From: Spirochaetia bacterium | Lineage (GTDB): Bacteria; Spirochaetota; Spirochaetia; DSM-2461 | Assembly: GCA_963666985.2 (NCBI GenBank) | Contig: CAXXIA010000002.1 | Coordinates: 1,024,001 to 1,088,000 of the forward strand | DNA: 64,000 bases | Reading direction: 5' to 3' | Shown here: positions 34,452 to 45,000 of the stretch, one piece after another | How the letters are laid out: every line of letters begins with the position of its first letter | Position numbering within the stretch: position 1 is the stretch's first letter | Notes under the pieces: model-generated | Told to the model about the DNA's origin: nothing | The model's database searches: none | The model's input: the letters and a program-made list of their open reading frames with translations, nothing else | Made by a program: the position numbers and the translations under genes

Positions 34452-35474
34452 TCAAACGGTTAAAATAAAACTCACCGCGAACGGCACCAGAATGGTCAGC
34501 ACCACGCCGCTGAAAAGAGCGGGCACCGCCCAGGCCCGGCCGGAACACTGCACCGTTACGGCAAGCGTCGTATCCATCGACGTCGCGCCGCCGGCGGCCG
34601 CAGGACCCGCGGGACCGCCGAGGAAGGCCAGCAGAGGGGCCGCGAGCAGCGTCAAAATCTCCCTGAAAATATTCGAAAGAAGCGCCACGGCGGCCCAGTC
34701 GCCCCCGGCAAGCTCTTTAATCACCACACTCGATAAACTGTAGTACCCGAATCCGGCCCCCACGGCCAAAGATTCCCGCACCGGCAATCCGGGCCAAAGC
34801 AGCGCCGTACCCAGACATCCGAGAAAAGTTCCAACAATCACGGCCAGAGGCAGCAGCGCCATGCGCACCCCGTGCTTCCTGACCGTCGCCGCAATCGTCG
34901 GGTCCGCACCGGCCGCACTTCCGACCAAAAACATGAGAAGGTAGAGAATCCAGGTTACCGGATTAAACGGATGATCCCCGAAGCTGGGCGTAAAAATGCC
35001 GACCGCAATCCCCAGGCCGAACGCCCCCGCCGCCGCCAGGCTGCCGCCGAGAACCTTCCATTTCCCTCGCGGAACCTCTTGAACTCTTTCGGCCCCATGC
35101 ACGGCTCCCGCCGCAACGCCTTCTGCGAAGTCACCGTCGGCCGCTCCACCATCGAGCCCGTTGCCGCTCCGGCCGCTTTCTTCACCATTACTCTCTTCAG
35201 CGCCGCCGACAACCGAAAACTTCCCGACCATCACCCGGGCGGCCGCCACGCTTCCTATAATTGAAGAGGCGGCCAGAACCAGTCCCTTCACGCCCAGCAG
35301 AGGAATCTGCGCCAGCAATTCCCCGTCCGAACCGATATCAATACCCAAAAAGAATAAAAGGAAACGAATCACCCATAAAGTGAAACCATCAAGAATCGGG
35401 AACAGCCGGGATTGGGAGCGAAGAAAAAAGCCCGCGGCCATTCCAAGAACCATGGCGATTAAAACCCCGATCAA
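34452..35474 (-). CDS. Lysine exporter LysO (DUF340) family membrane protein
   Basis: GFGYYSLS, LSNIFREI and GGATSMDTTL motifs; TTG start after AAGGAG. Confidence 0.8.
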   Translation of the reverse strand: MIGVLIAMVLGMAAGFFLRSQSRLFPILDGFTLWVIRFLLFFLGIDIGSDGELLAQIPLLGVKGLVLAASSIIGSVAAARVMVGKFSVVGGAEESNGEESGRSGNGLDGGAADGDFAEGVAAGAVHGAERVQEVPRGKWKVLGGSLAAAGAFGLGIAVGIFTPSFGDHPFNPVTWILYLLMFLVGSAAGADPTIAATVRKHGVRMALLPLAVIVGTFLGCLGTALLWPGLPVRESLAVGAGFGYYSLSSVVIKELAGGDWAAVALLSNIFREILTLLAAPLLAFLGGPAGPAAAGGATSMDTTLAVTVQCSGRAWAVPALFSGVVLTILVPFAVSFILTV

Positions 35475-35681
35475 TTCCCACTCCTTAAAATTTCCGCCGA
35501 AAGAGTTCCAAATCCTAAGGATTCTTCTCTGCGGCGTATGCTCCGCTACTATACCAAATCCCTTTCGGCGCGACAGCGCAAAGCGGCGGGCATTGACCAC
35601 CGGGGGAGTGACGATCTAACCTAATCGCTATTCCGGGACGTTTTAGGCTCTCGGAACGAACCCCAAACCGGAGATAAAACT

Positions 35682-37146
35682 ATGAACTATTTCAGTTCCC
35701 TGCCCTTCCGAGAGCAAGTTCAGCAGCTCGGTACATGCCGTTTCATGGAATCAAATGAATTCCACGGGACCGACGCCCTTAAGGGTCAAAAAATCGTTAT
35801 CCTCGGCTGCGGCGCTCAGGGTTTGAATCAGGGACTCAACCTTCGTGATTCGGGCCTCGACGTCGGCTATGCCCTGAGGGAAGAAGCCATCGCCCAAAAG
35901 AGACAATCCTGGAAGAACGCCACCGAATACGGCTTTACAGTCGGCACGTTCGAAGAGCTTATTCCCACCGCGGATCTGGTGATGAACCTCACTCCGGACA
36001 AGCAGCATTCCCCCGTGGTCGGGAAAGCTCTTCCCCTGATGAAAAAAGGCTCCAGCCTGGGATACTCCCACGGCTTCAACATCGTGGAAGAAGGCATGCA
36101 AATCCGGCAGGACATCACCGTCATCATGGTGGCCCCAAAAAGTCCGGGCTCGGAAGTCCGCGAAGAATACAAAAGGGGCTTCGGCGTTCCAACTCTCATC
36201 GCCGTTCATCCGGCCAACGATCCGGAAGGCAAGGGCTGGGAAATGGCCAAAGCCTACGCCGTCGGTCTGGGTTCGGACCGGGCCGGCGTGCTCGCCTCCT
36301 CGTTTGTTGCCGAAGTAAAATCCGATCTGATGGGCGAACAGACCATCCTCTGCGGCATGCTCCAGGCCGGTTCCCTTCTGTGCTTCGACAAAATGATCGC
36401 CTCCGGCGTGGACGAGCGGAAAGCCGCGTCCCTGATTCAATTCGGCTGGGAAGGAATCACCGAGGCTCTCAAGCACGGAGGCATCACCCATATGATGGAC
36501 CGCCTCTCCAACCCGGCGAAAATTAGGGCGAACGAACTTGCCGATCGGCTGAAAGTCATCATGAACAACCTGTATTACAAACACATGGACGACATCCTCT
36601 CGGGGAAATTCTCAACAACCATGATGGAAGACTGGAAAGCCGGTGACAAAGATCTGCTGAACTGGAGAGAAGAAACCGGAGCAACGGCTTTTGAAAAAGC
36701 CGCCGACGCCGACCGTTTGCCCTCGCAGCAGTATTTCGATGAAGGCGTTCTCATGGCGGCCATGGTGAAAGCCGGCGTGGAACTGGCATTCGAAGCCATG
36801 GTGGACAGCGGAATCAAACCGGAATCGGCCTACTACGAATCGCTTCACGAGCTTCCGCTCATCGCGAACCTCATCAGCCGGAAAAAGCTCTACGAAAATG
36901 AACCGCGTCATTTCCGACACGGCCGAATACGGCAACTACCTCTTCGCCAATGTCTGCATTCCGCTGCTGCGGGACTTCATGAAGACTCTCAACGAGGAAG
37001 ATCTGGGACGCCCCTACCCGGCCGATGAAGCCGTGGACGATATTGAACTCATCACGGTTAACGAGGCCATCAGGAACCATCCTATCGAAGTCGTGGGCAA
37101 AACCCTCCGATCGCAAATGAAAGGCATGAAGGCCCTCTCTTTATAA
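35682..37146 (+). CDS. ilvC: Ketol-acid reductoisomerase, long form, interrupted by a +1 frameshift at 36895-36898
   Basis: [21 protein letters not shown]; removing one A restores [17 protein letters not shown] and gives 487 aa. Confidence 0.9.
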
Positions 37147-37172
37147 ACCGATCCCGACCGCAAATCGCACCC

Positions 37173-38909
37173 AAAGAAAGGGGCTGTCTCATAAGAGGCG
37201 GCCCTTTTTCATGTCTGGAAGAATTCCCTTCTGAATTCAAGGGTGGTAGAATTCTTCATGGACACTAAAAAGAAGGCTACATTCAAAGATTACGAAATCA
37301 GCCAACAGATGCTCCTGCCTCCAAGTCTCGATGAACTGCTTCCCGCAAACCATATATCCCGCACAATCAACAACTTCATCGACACGATGGATACCAGTGA
37401 GCTCTTCAACGCCTATCCGGGAGGCGGTGCCAGCAGCTACCACCCGGTGATGATGCTGAAGGTTCTGGTGTTGGCCTACTCGAAACAGCTGTATTCCTGT
37501 CGTCAAATCGCAGACGCTCTTCGTGAGCAGATATGCTTCATGTGGATCAGTGGTAATAACCGTCCTGATTTCCACACGATAAACAGATTTCGTAACGGTC
37601 CATTGAAGAAGAGCATCGAGAAAATCTTTGCCTCAATGGCCAACAGCCTCATCGAGAGCGGACATGTCCAGATGGAGAACTACTTTCTCGACGGCACAAA
37701 AATCGAATCAGCAGCTAACAAATACACATGGGTATGGGGCCGGGCGACAGACAAGTTCCAGAAGCGCCTGGCCGGCAATATGGATGAGCTTTTCGAATAC
37801 ATCGACCGCATCAATGAAGAAGAGGATGAGAAGTACGGCGACCATGACCTTCCCCATGTGGATCCTCAAGGCAGGCCGATGTCGGAGATTCTCGAAGATG
37901 CGGTATCCAAGCTCAATGAAGAGCTGCGCAAGGATCGGGAGGAGCGAGAAAAGAAGGAGATTCAACGGAGATTGAATACCGCTAGCAAGGACTATCTCCC
38001 TCGTGCCAAAAAGTATGAGCAGCAGAAGAGAATCCTCGGCGACCGAAATAGTTACTCGAAAACAGACTATGATGCGACTTTCATGCGGATGAAAGAAGAC
38101 TATATGAAAAATGGTCAGCTCAAGCCCGGGTACAACATCCAAATGGGTACTGAGAACCAGTTCATCCTCGGATATAGCATCCACCAGAGTCCCGGTGACT
38201 CCCTGACATTGCCGCTACATATGGAGAAACTGAAAAAGAATCTGAAACGCTATCCGAAAAGAATCATTGCTGATTCAGGATATGGTAGTGAAGAGAACTA
38301 CCAGTGGTGTGAGGATCATGGTGTCGAGAAGTACATCAAGTTCAGCTACTTCCACAGGGAGCGGAAACGGAAGTTCAAGAAGCAGATTCATATGAAAGAG
38401 AACTGGGACTATCGTGCCTCTGATGATACATACCGGTGCCCCAAGGGTCGCCGATTCAAACACGAGGAGACCAGAATCTCGAAAACAGGTTCAGGATTTC
38501 CGACCACTGAAAAAAGGTATACAGGCCCTGGATGCCAAAGGTGTTCTCTCCGAATCCGGTGCTGCAAATACGGAGGCAAAGAGCGCATCCTGACGGTTCG
38601 TCCAAACCTGGAACGGCATAAGTCTGAAGTGCGCAAGTTGCTGACTTCAGAGGAAGGACTGAGAATGCGCTCTCTCAGGCCGATTGAAGTCGAATCTGTA
38701 TTCGGAGATATCAAGACGAATATGGGATTTCGGAGATTCCGAACCAGGGGATTGAAGATGGTCAGTACTGAATGGGGACTGTTGAGTATGGCTCATAACA
38801 TGAGGAAGCTACAGAAACGATAAGGGGATGGGAGGGAACCTCCCGTCTTCGGAGGTCAACCAAATTTTAAAAGGGGCTGTCTCAAACTAATGAGACAGCC
38901 CCTTTCTTT
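37173..38909 (+). mobile_element. IS1182-family insertion sequence with palindromic ends
   Basis: 20-bp perfect inverted repeat AAAGAAAGGGGCTGTCTCAT (37173-37192 / 38890-38909) bracketing a transposase; exact element/target boundary uncertain. Confidence 0.8.
37258..38823 (+). CDS. IS1182-family DDE transposase
   Basis: YHPVMMLKVL, PDFHTINRFR, DGTKIES, SKTDYDATFMRMK, ADSGYGSEENY, VESVFGDIK. Confidence 0.92.
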   Translation: MDTKKKATFKDYEISQQMLLPPSLDELLPANHISRTINNFIDTMDTSELFNAYPGGGASSYHPVMMLKVLVLAYSKQLYSCRQIADALREQICFMWISGNNRPDFHTINRFRNGPLKKSIEKIFASMANSLIESGHVQMENYFLDGTKIESAANKYTWVWGRATDKFQKRLAGNMDELFEYIDRINEEEDEKYGDHDLPHVDPQGRPMSEILEDAVSKLNEELRKDREEREKKEIQRRLNTASKDYLPRAKKYEQQKRILGDRNSYSKTDYDATFMRMKEDYMKNGQLKPGYNIQMGTENQFILGYSIHQSPGDSLTLPLHMEKLKKNLKRYPKRIIADSGYGSEENYQWCEDHGVEKYIKFSYFHRERKRKFKKQIHMKENWDYRASDDTYRCPKGRRFKHEETRISKTGSGFPTTEKRYTGPGCQRCSLRIRCCKYGGKERILTVRPNLERHKSEVRKLLTSEEGLRMRSLRPIEVESVFGDIKTNMGFRRFRTRGLKMVSTEWGLLSMAHNMRKLQKR

Positions 38910-39518
38910 TACCCCGGGAATACCGCTATCGGAATAAACGAACCGTACAAGAACCAAACTGATTCGGCCGTTTTACGATAAAAAATCATGCAAGTCATTG
39001 CTTACAATTATGCCGCGTTATCTTCGGCCGAATAAGCTTCAATCAAATCGTCACCGATTATTTCTCCATAGAGGCTTAAATCCTTATCCCCGAAGACATG
39101 CTATGTTCCACGACTTTTTAAAATGGACGAAGGCTGTTCTTCCGAAGCAATATTTATTTCCGGGAGTCCGAGTTAACGCCGAAAGACATGGACGTTTTCC
39201 GTCCCGGAAACAGCAAGAAGATTACAGAGGATTGGAAGGGACCTTCTTACGGTATACAAACGGATACAAATCTTCAACCAAATTAACTCAAAAGTCCCGC
39301 TCTTACAGCACTCAGCGACAAGATATATTAGTAAACAGAACCATTTAATTCATTCGAAAACCAAATTTCTTATTCCGAAATATCGATGCTTTTTCGATAA
39401 TGGTAAATAACTTTACTTTCAACATTTGACTTATCATAAAAACTTGCTGTCCTATTATTGACGAAAGAAATGCAATATATTATGTTTTAAAAAAATTAAC
39501 AAATGAGGAGAATCGGTA

Positions 39519-39857
39519 GTGGCCAGACCCCGAAAAACAACTAAATTCGCAGAGTATCTCAGCGGTCTTACTGTTGCAGACTTAAAATTACTGAAAACGG
39601 AAATCACTTCGGAAATTCGTGTTCGTGAACGCGAAGCCGTTAAGGCGAAGAGTGAAGCTGAAGCTTTGAAAATCCGGGATAAAATTCGCATCGGATCCCA
39701 GATAACTTTTGAACAGCGCGGTTCGGAAGGGAATCCGCTTAAGGCCGAGGTTATCGGTATATTCACCGATAAAGTTCAGGTGGAAGTGGAAGGACGAAAG
39801 CGTTCAATCGCACTGACGCGTGTTACATCCGTTAAAATAACCGATTCCACACGCTAA
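39519..39857 (+). CDS. Small basic hypothetical protein (coiled coil plus SH3/KOW-like beta domain)
   Basis: GAGGAG RBS, TTGACG-17-TATGTT promoter, downstream terminator. Confidence 0.75.
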   Translation: MARPRKTTKFAEYLSGLTVADLKLLKTEITSEIRVREREAVKAKSEAEALKIRDKIRIGSQITFEQRGSEGNPLKAEVIGIFTDKVQVEVEGRKRSIALTRVTSVKITDSTR

Positions 39858-39858
39858 G

Positions 39859-39880
39859 AAAGCCGCCGATCGGCGGCTTT
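39859..39880 (+). terminator. Intrinsic terminator
   Basis: AAAGCCGCCGatCGGCGGCTTT perfect hairpin after the stop. Confidence 0.7.
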
Positions 39881-39960
39881 CCGTATTTATAATACCGCGG
39901 ATTTGCATGCGGCGGACCGTTGAAAATACCGGCTCAAAAAAATAACCGATATAAAAACAA

Positions 39961-40726
39961 TTATGGATCCAAACCTTTCATCTTATCCCGTATCCTGGCC
40001 GCCCTTTCATAATCTTCTTCATCAACGGCCGCGGAGAGTTCTTCGGCGAGTTTTGCACGAAAACCTCCGGAGGTCATTTGGTGTTCTTCGGTTTCACGCA
40101 CCTGGGAAATCACCTGTGTAAGATGCTGCAGCGATCGGATTTTTTCAAACTCAAAAATAGGAGTCGGCACGGGATTCAGCGCTTCAATATCCTTTTTCCC
40201 TTCCCGAAGCTCTTGGATCGCCTGTTCCGGTTTTTCCTCCGAAAGCCGAATCATAGCTTTGGAAATTGCATACATCCTAAGAATGTACGGATGGTACTGA
40301 AGAAGTTCATAACGGTCTTTCCCGGGGTAATAATCAACGAGGTAAACGAATAATACGCAGATTATGATCCGTGTCGCGAACAACCCGATCATATTGCCCC
40401 ACTTGAAAGAGCGCCAAATAGCGGTAATAAAACAGCACGCCCTCTTTCTGAAGACGCCTGAAATCATTTTCCTCTAAAAATAATTCTTTTCCTTGTTTGC
40501 GGAAGGATTGCTCTTTTTCAAGATAAATATCAAGGATACTTTCCTTGCCTTCGGGGCGAAAACCGTCCGGGCGGCCGTTGAGATCATACTGCTCGATTCC
40601 CATGGGCTGACGAATCTGCATGAGTTCACGCCCGTCATCCCCGGTTAAAAAACGAACGTTATTATCTTCATCATATTCCCAATCTCCGAGAATATTCGTT
40701 AAATCAGATGTATAACCCCGGCTCAT
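39961..40726 (-). CDS. UvrB/UvrC (UVR) motif-containing protein, split by a +1 frameshift at ~40345
   Basis: Joined 254 aa: QIRQPMGIEQY..GRPDG..RDTDHNLRIIR|YLVDYY..AVDEEDYERAARIRD. Confidence 0.8.
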
Positions 40727-40906
40727 GAATCCCTCAACGGAAATTTTAATACTTCCGGCGGCGAATATCCTTCTTTAATGAAGTCAATTTCATAATTCAT
40801 GCGATTGAATTTCTCCCGAGGAAGGAATTCAGTAAAATCAATGTGAAAAATCGTCTTCATTTCAAAAGACATTATTACGGCGTTTTTCCGGCGTCGGCTG
40901 AAAGAA

Positions 40907-41923
40907 TCAGCCGACTGAGCTGTTCCTCACGCTTATTGCCGCGGCGATTTTCCCGGCGATCTCTTTAAGCGCCGAGACGGCTTCACCCTCGGTGTTGCCG
41001 GCGGTTAAAGGTCGGCCGGTCTCGCCCGAAGCGGTAACGGCGGCCTCCAGAGGAATCCGGCCCAGGAAAGGAATGCCCATCTCGGCGGCCGCCTTTTCTC
41101 CGGCGCCGGAACCGAAGATGGGTCCCGCCATATTTTCAATGATACCCAGAACCTCAACATCCAGCTTGCGGAACGCATCGACGCCCCGCCGCGTATCGCT
41201 TACCGAAACGCCCTGAGGCGTTGTAACGACAACGGCTCCCGAAAGCGGAAGCTGCTGGGCCAGACTCATCTGCGCATCTCCGGTTCCGGGCGGCAAATCG
41301 ACAACAAGATAATCCAAATCGCTCCAGGAAACTTGGCCGATAAGCTGATTGATGGCATTGTGAATCATGGGACCGCGCCAGACCAAAGCCTGTTCCGGCG
41401 GAATCAGAAATCCCATACTCATTAATTCAATGCCGTATTTCTCCACCGGCAAAAGTTTCTCCCCGGCCTGCTGAGGAGATTCGGAAGACCCCAAAAGGTT
41501 CGGGATGTTCGGGCCGTAAATATCCGCGTCCAAAAGGCCCACTTTGGCTCCGGCGGAGGCCAGAATCACCGCGAGATTTACGGCTACGGTGGACTTTCCG
41601 ACACCGCCCTTCCCGGCTCCGACCGCGATAACGTTTTTAAAAGGAACGTTGGCCAGCTTTGCGTCGGAACGGACCCGCGCGCCGAAATTGATGCCGATGG
41701 TTCCGATTTCGGGTATGTCCCGCCTGAGGGCTTCTTCGCAGTTCTTGCGCAGAGTTTCCTTCATCGGACAAGCCGGTGTGGTCAGCATGATGGTAAACGT
41801 CAAATCGACGCCGTCGATTTTCACGTCCTCGATAAATTCAAGAGACACCAGATCTTTTTTCAGTTCGGGGTCGTCAACAGTGGCCAGTGCGGCCATGACA
41901 CGTTCTTCGGTGATTGTAGGCAT
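40907..41923 (-). CDS. mrp: Mrp/NBP35 (ApbC) Fe-S cluster carrier ATPase
   Basis: N-terminal LTTPACP domain, GKGGVGKST, DADIYGP, WRGPM, DLPPGTGD. Confidence 0.9.
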   Translation of the reverse strand: MPTITEERVMAALATVDDPELKKDLVSLEFIEDVKIDGVDLTFTIMLTTPACPMKETLRKNCEEALRRDIPEIGTIGINFGARVRSDAKLANVPFKNVIAVGAGKGGVGKSTVAVNLAVILASAGAKVGLLDADIYGPNIPNLLGSSESPQQAGEKLLPVEKYGIELMSMGFLIPPEQALVWRGPMIHNAINQLIGQVSWSDLDYLVVDLPPGTGDAQMSLAQQLPLSGAVVVTTPQGVSVSDTRRGVDAFRKLDVEVLGIIENMAGPIFGSGAGEKAAAEMGIPFLGRIPLEAAVTASGETGRPLTAGNTEGEAVSALKEIAGKIAAAISVRNSSVG

Positions 41924-42024
41924 AATGGATTCAATATACCCATGAGTGAAACGGCGGGCAAATCGAAAAGAAGGCGCGGCCGCGGGGAAACTCCGGGCGG
42001 AATCCGAAACGCACCGGGGGGATC

Positions 42025-42047
42025 ACCCGGCCCCTTTGGGGCCGGGT
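42025..42047 (-). terminator. GC-rich hairpin after the corrected stop of the Ig-repeat gene
   Basis: ACCCGGCCCCtttGGGGCCGGGT, 7 nt past TAG at 42057-42055. Confidence 0.6.
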
Positions 42048-42054
42048 AAAAAAT

Positions 42055-45000
42055 CTACAACAAGCCCGCTCTCAATCCGAACGAGAAGGAAAAGTACGGT
42101 TTGGTATCCACATCGGAAGAGAAAAACCAAAGCCTTCCTTCCGCGTACGGTGCCACATAGGTGAAAAAATCGCGGTTGAGAAATTCGATTTTGGGGGATT
42201 TCGGCCTGCACCACCACGGAGGACATCACTCCGCCCTGCTCATCACCGAACTTGGAGAAATAAGTGAAGTTGGCGCCGACGGCCAGAGAGAGCGATAAGG
42301 CCTCCCATTTCGGTCCCCAATAATACCCGAGCGGCAGGTAAACGATGTTGGCCAGAATGGTGGCCCCGATCGCATTGCCCGAAACACGCGCTTTTTCCAA
42401 GCTTCCGTTAACTTTTACAAGTTCGGGCGACCATCCGTACGAGATGGCGATCTTAACGTTCTCATCGAAGAATGTCGCGCCGATGCCCGTTGTAAACCAG
42501 GTTGCTCCAAGAACGGTGGCATCGATGTACATTCCCTGTACAAACGAGGGAACTTCATATCGTCCATGCCCGCCGGGCCGAACGGTGATATCGACATCAT
42601 TCAGGCTGCGATCGTCTCCGGCGGACCCGGTTAATGTGATTTCACCGTTGAATCGGCTGTCGGCTATCGATTGATTCACCTTCAAATCAGGCAGGGTTTT
42701 ATCCAATCGCAGAAGAGTGCGGGTGTAGGTCCAGCCGTCGGGAAAAAGAGCACGGACCAGAACGGCCAAGTCGCCTTCGCCCATTTCCCCTGTTTCAATA
42801 AGGAATTCCCACTCATCGGTTCCTTTGGCTTTTTCAAAGGTGAGACCGCCGTCGATGCTGACTTCAACACGTTCCGGTTTATTCTCCTTAAGAGCCCGCT
42901 TATACTCCTTGAAGGCGTCTTTATCCTCTTCGGAAGGGGAATCCGCCGCCTGATATCCGGAACGTCCCTTAAGCACGGGACGATTCCCTACGGCCATTCC
43001 GGGCGGGAATCCGTCGATAAGAACCCATGAGCCCAAAGAATCATAGGTGAAGGTTCGAGCGGCCCCGTTGGAAATTTCACCGCCTTCGACGGTTACGTCG
43101 GTCCGGAATTCATGCGACCCGGCGGAGAGTTCTCCGGGAGAGAACTCCCGAACGAACCGGCCCCGCTCGTCCAGTTCCAGAATACCGGCGTCGCTTCCGT
43201 CGATAAAAAGCGTTACTCTATCGGATTCGCGGGCCTCGGGAACGAAGCCTGTGAGTGTAAATCGGGGGCCTTCCTCTCCGCCTTCAACAGGCAAAGTAAT
43301 GAAGGCTTCGACATTTCGGCGGCCAGGTTCGATGCTGAAAGAACGGCTCACCGCCGAAATGTTTCCGGCGATATCCACGGCTTCAACCCTTAAGAGAACT
43401 TCGCCGGCTTCCAAACCTGTAAACTCGAAAGGAATGTGGAAGATACCGTCGTGCAGATCCTCATAAGAGATAAGGCTTTCACCGTTACGCTCTATAAGGG
43501 CCCTGAAACTCCGAAGTCCCCCATCGTCCCGAACGCGTCCCTCAAGAATCATGGAGCCGGTCTGAAGGCTGCCTTCCAGGGGATCGCCCACGGCCAAAAG
43601 AGGCGGTTCATTGTCCGATTCCAAAAGGCCGGCCAACAGGGCCTCATCCCCGGCTCCGTCGATGACTTTAATAAGAAGAGTGTGGATACCGTCGTCCAGA
43701 ACTCCCGTATCCAAGGCATAGCGCCACCGCACGGGTTCATCGCGGATAACGGGCATCACGAGCGGCTCTTGAGCGCCCTCTCCGCCTTCCGCGCCGCCTT
43801 CGGTATTTGCGGCACCGGCGGCATCCGCGGCGGGCCGCTCATTCTCGGCAGTGCCGTTTTCCGTTCCGGCCGAACTTTCGCCTTCCCCTTCAATCCCGGC
43901 CTCCGTTTCTTTTCCGCCGCCGGAAAGTTCAAAGTCGGTAGCTCCTTGAGCAAGAGAATAAGTATGGCCGTTGTCGAACGATACCCAAACCTCCGCGATG
44001 CCGTTGGCATCCGAGGCCGTTCCGGAAATCTCCGAAACGCCGCGGGCTCGTGGTTCCCACTTCCGGAGTAAGCAGGACTACATCGGCTTCCCGACGCGTT
44101 ACGGAAAACCAGGCACCATCGACGTCTCCGATATTCCCGGCCGTATCCGCGGCATAGGCTTCGACGTAATGAGATCCGTCTTCCAGCGAATCGAGGGGAA
44201 GAGGTTCGGTAAAGGAGAATCCGCCGGCGAGTTTCTTCCACTCTCCGCCGTTAATGCGCCAATAGACCGCCTCGACGGCATCGTCGTCCATAACCAGACC
44301 GGCCAGGTCCGTCGGTCCCCGAACAACCGAATCGGCCGCGGGTGTTTGTATCTTCGTAACGGGTTTATCCGAAACAGGATCGTACTGAAGAGTCGGAATT
44401 TGTTCGGTGATATTACCGGCCCGGTCCACCGCACGAACCGAAAGGGTTTCCGGAAGGGCCTCAAAACCGGCCAGATTCAGCGAAAGGGCATAAAGGGCTT
44501 CCGGCCGGGCGGTTATGCGGTTCTCGCCGTCCACGGTCATGGAAACTTCAACCGGCATATCTTCACTCGGAACCGCATAAATCAATGTGCTTCGGGCACC
44601 CACATGTCCGTTTGAAGGCGAAATGTACTGTTCCAGCCGCGGAGAGGTGGTATCGATCATAACCGGCAGCTCGTATTCCGAAGCATTCCCGGAGGCATCA
44701 ACCGCTCTGAGAACAAGAATCGCCGGACCTTCGGGGCGTTTTGTACAATCGGCCTCGAAGCCGAAGGAATAACGGCCGCCGCCCTCTTCGGTCAGTTCAA
44801 CGGCCGACGGAGAACCGCCTTTCAGCGACCAGGAAGCCGAATCGATACCCGCCGCGTCCCGAACGGTTCCCGAAACCGAAAGCATTCCGGATGTCCAGGC
44901 CCCGGCTCCGGGGCTCTCGACGGCCCAAGAGGGCCCTTCGTGGTCGGTAAGCACGATGATGCTCGACGTTTTCGAACCGTCGGCGAACACAACTTCAAAG

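Noticed and set aside
36890..36900. Programmed ribosomal frameshift in ilvC
   Set aside because: No slippery heptamer or stimulator is evident; it matches the pattern of three neighbouring homopolymer insertions.
38998..39348. 116-aa ORF downstream of the IS
   Set aside because: TTG start without RBS and no recognisable features; treated as intergenic unless homologues are found.
43756..44241. 161-aa minus-strand ORF bridging the two Ig-protein halves
   Set aside because: Wrong frame; the true continuation (SRGVSEISGTASDANG...) is in the frame of the 42023-43759 ORF.
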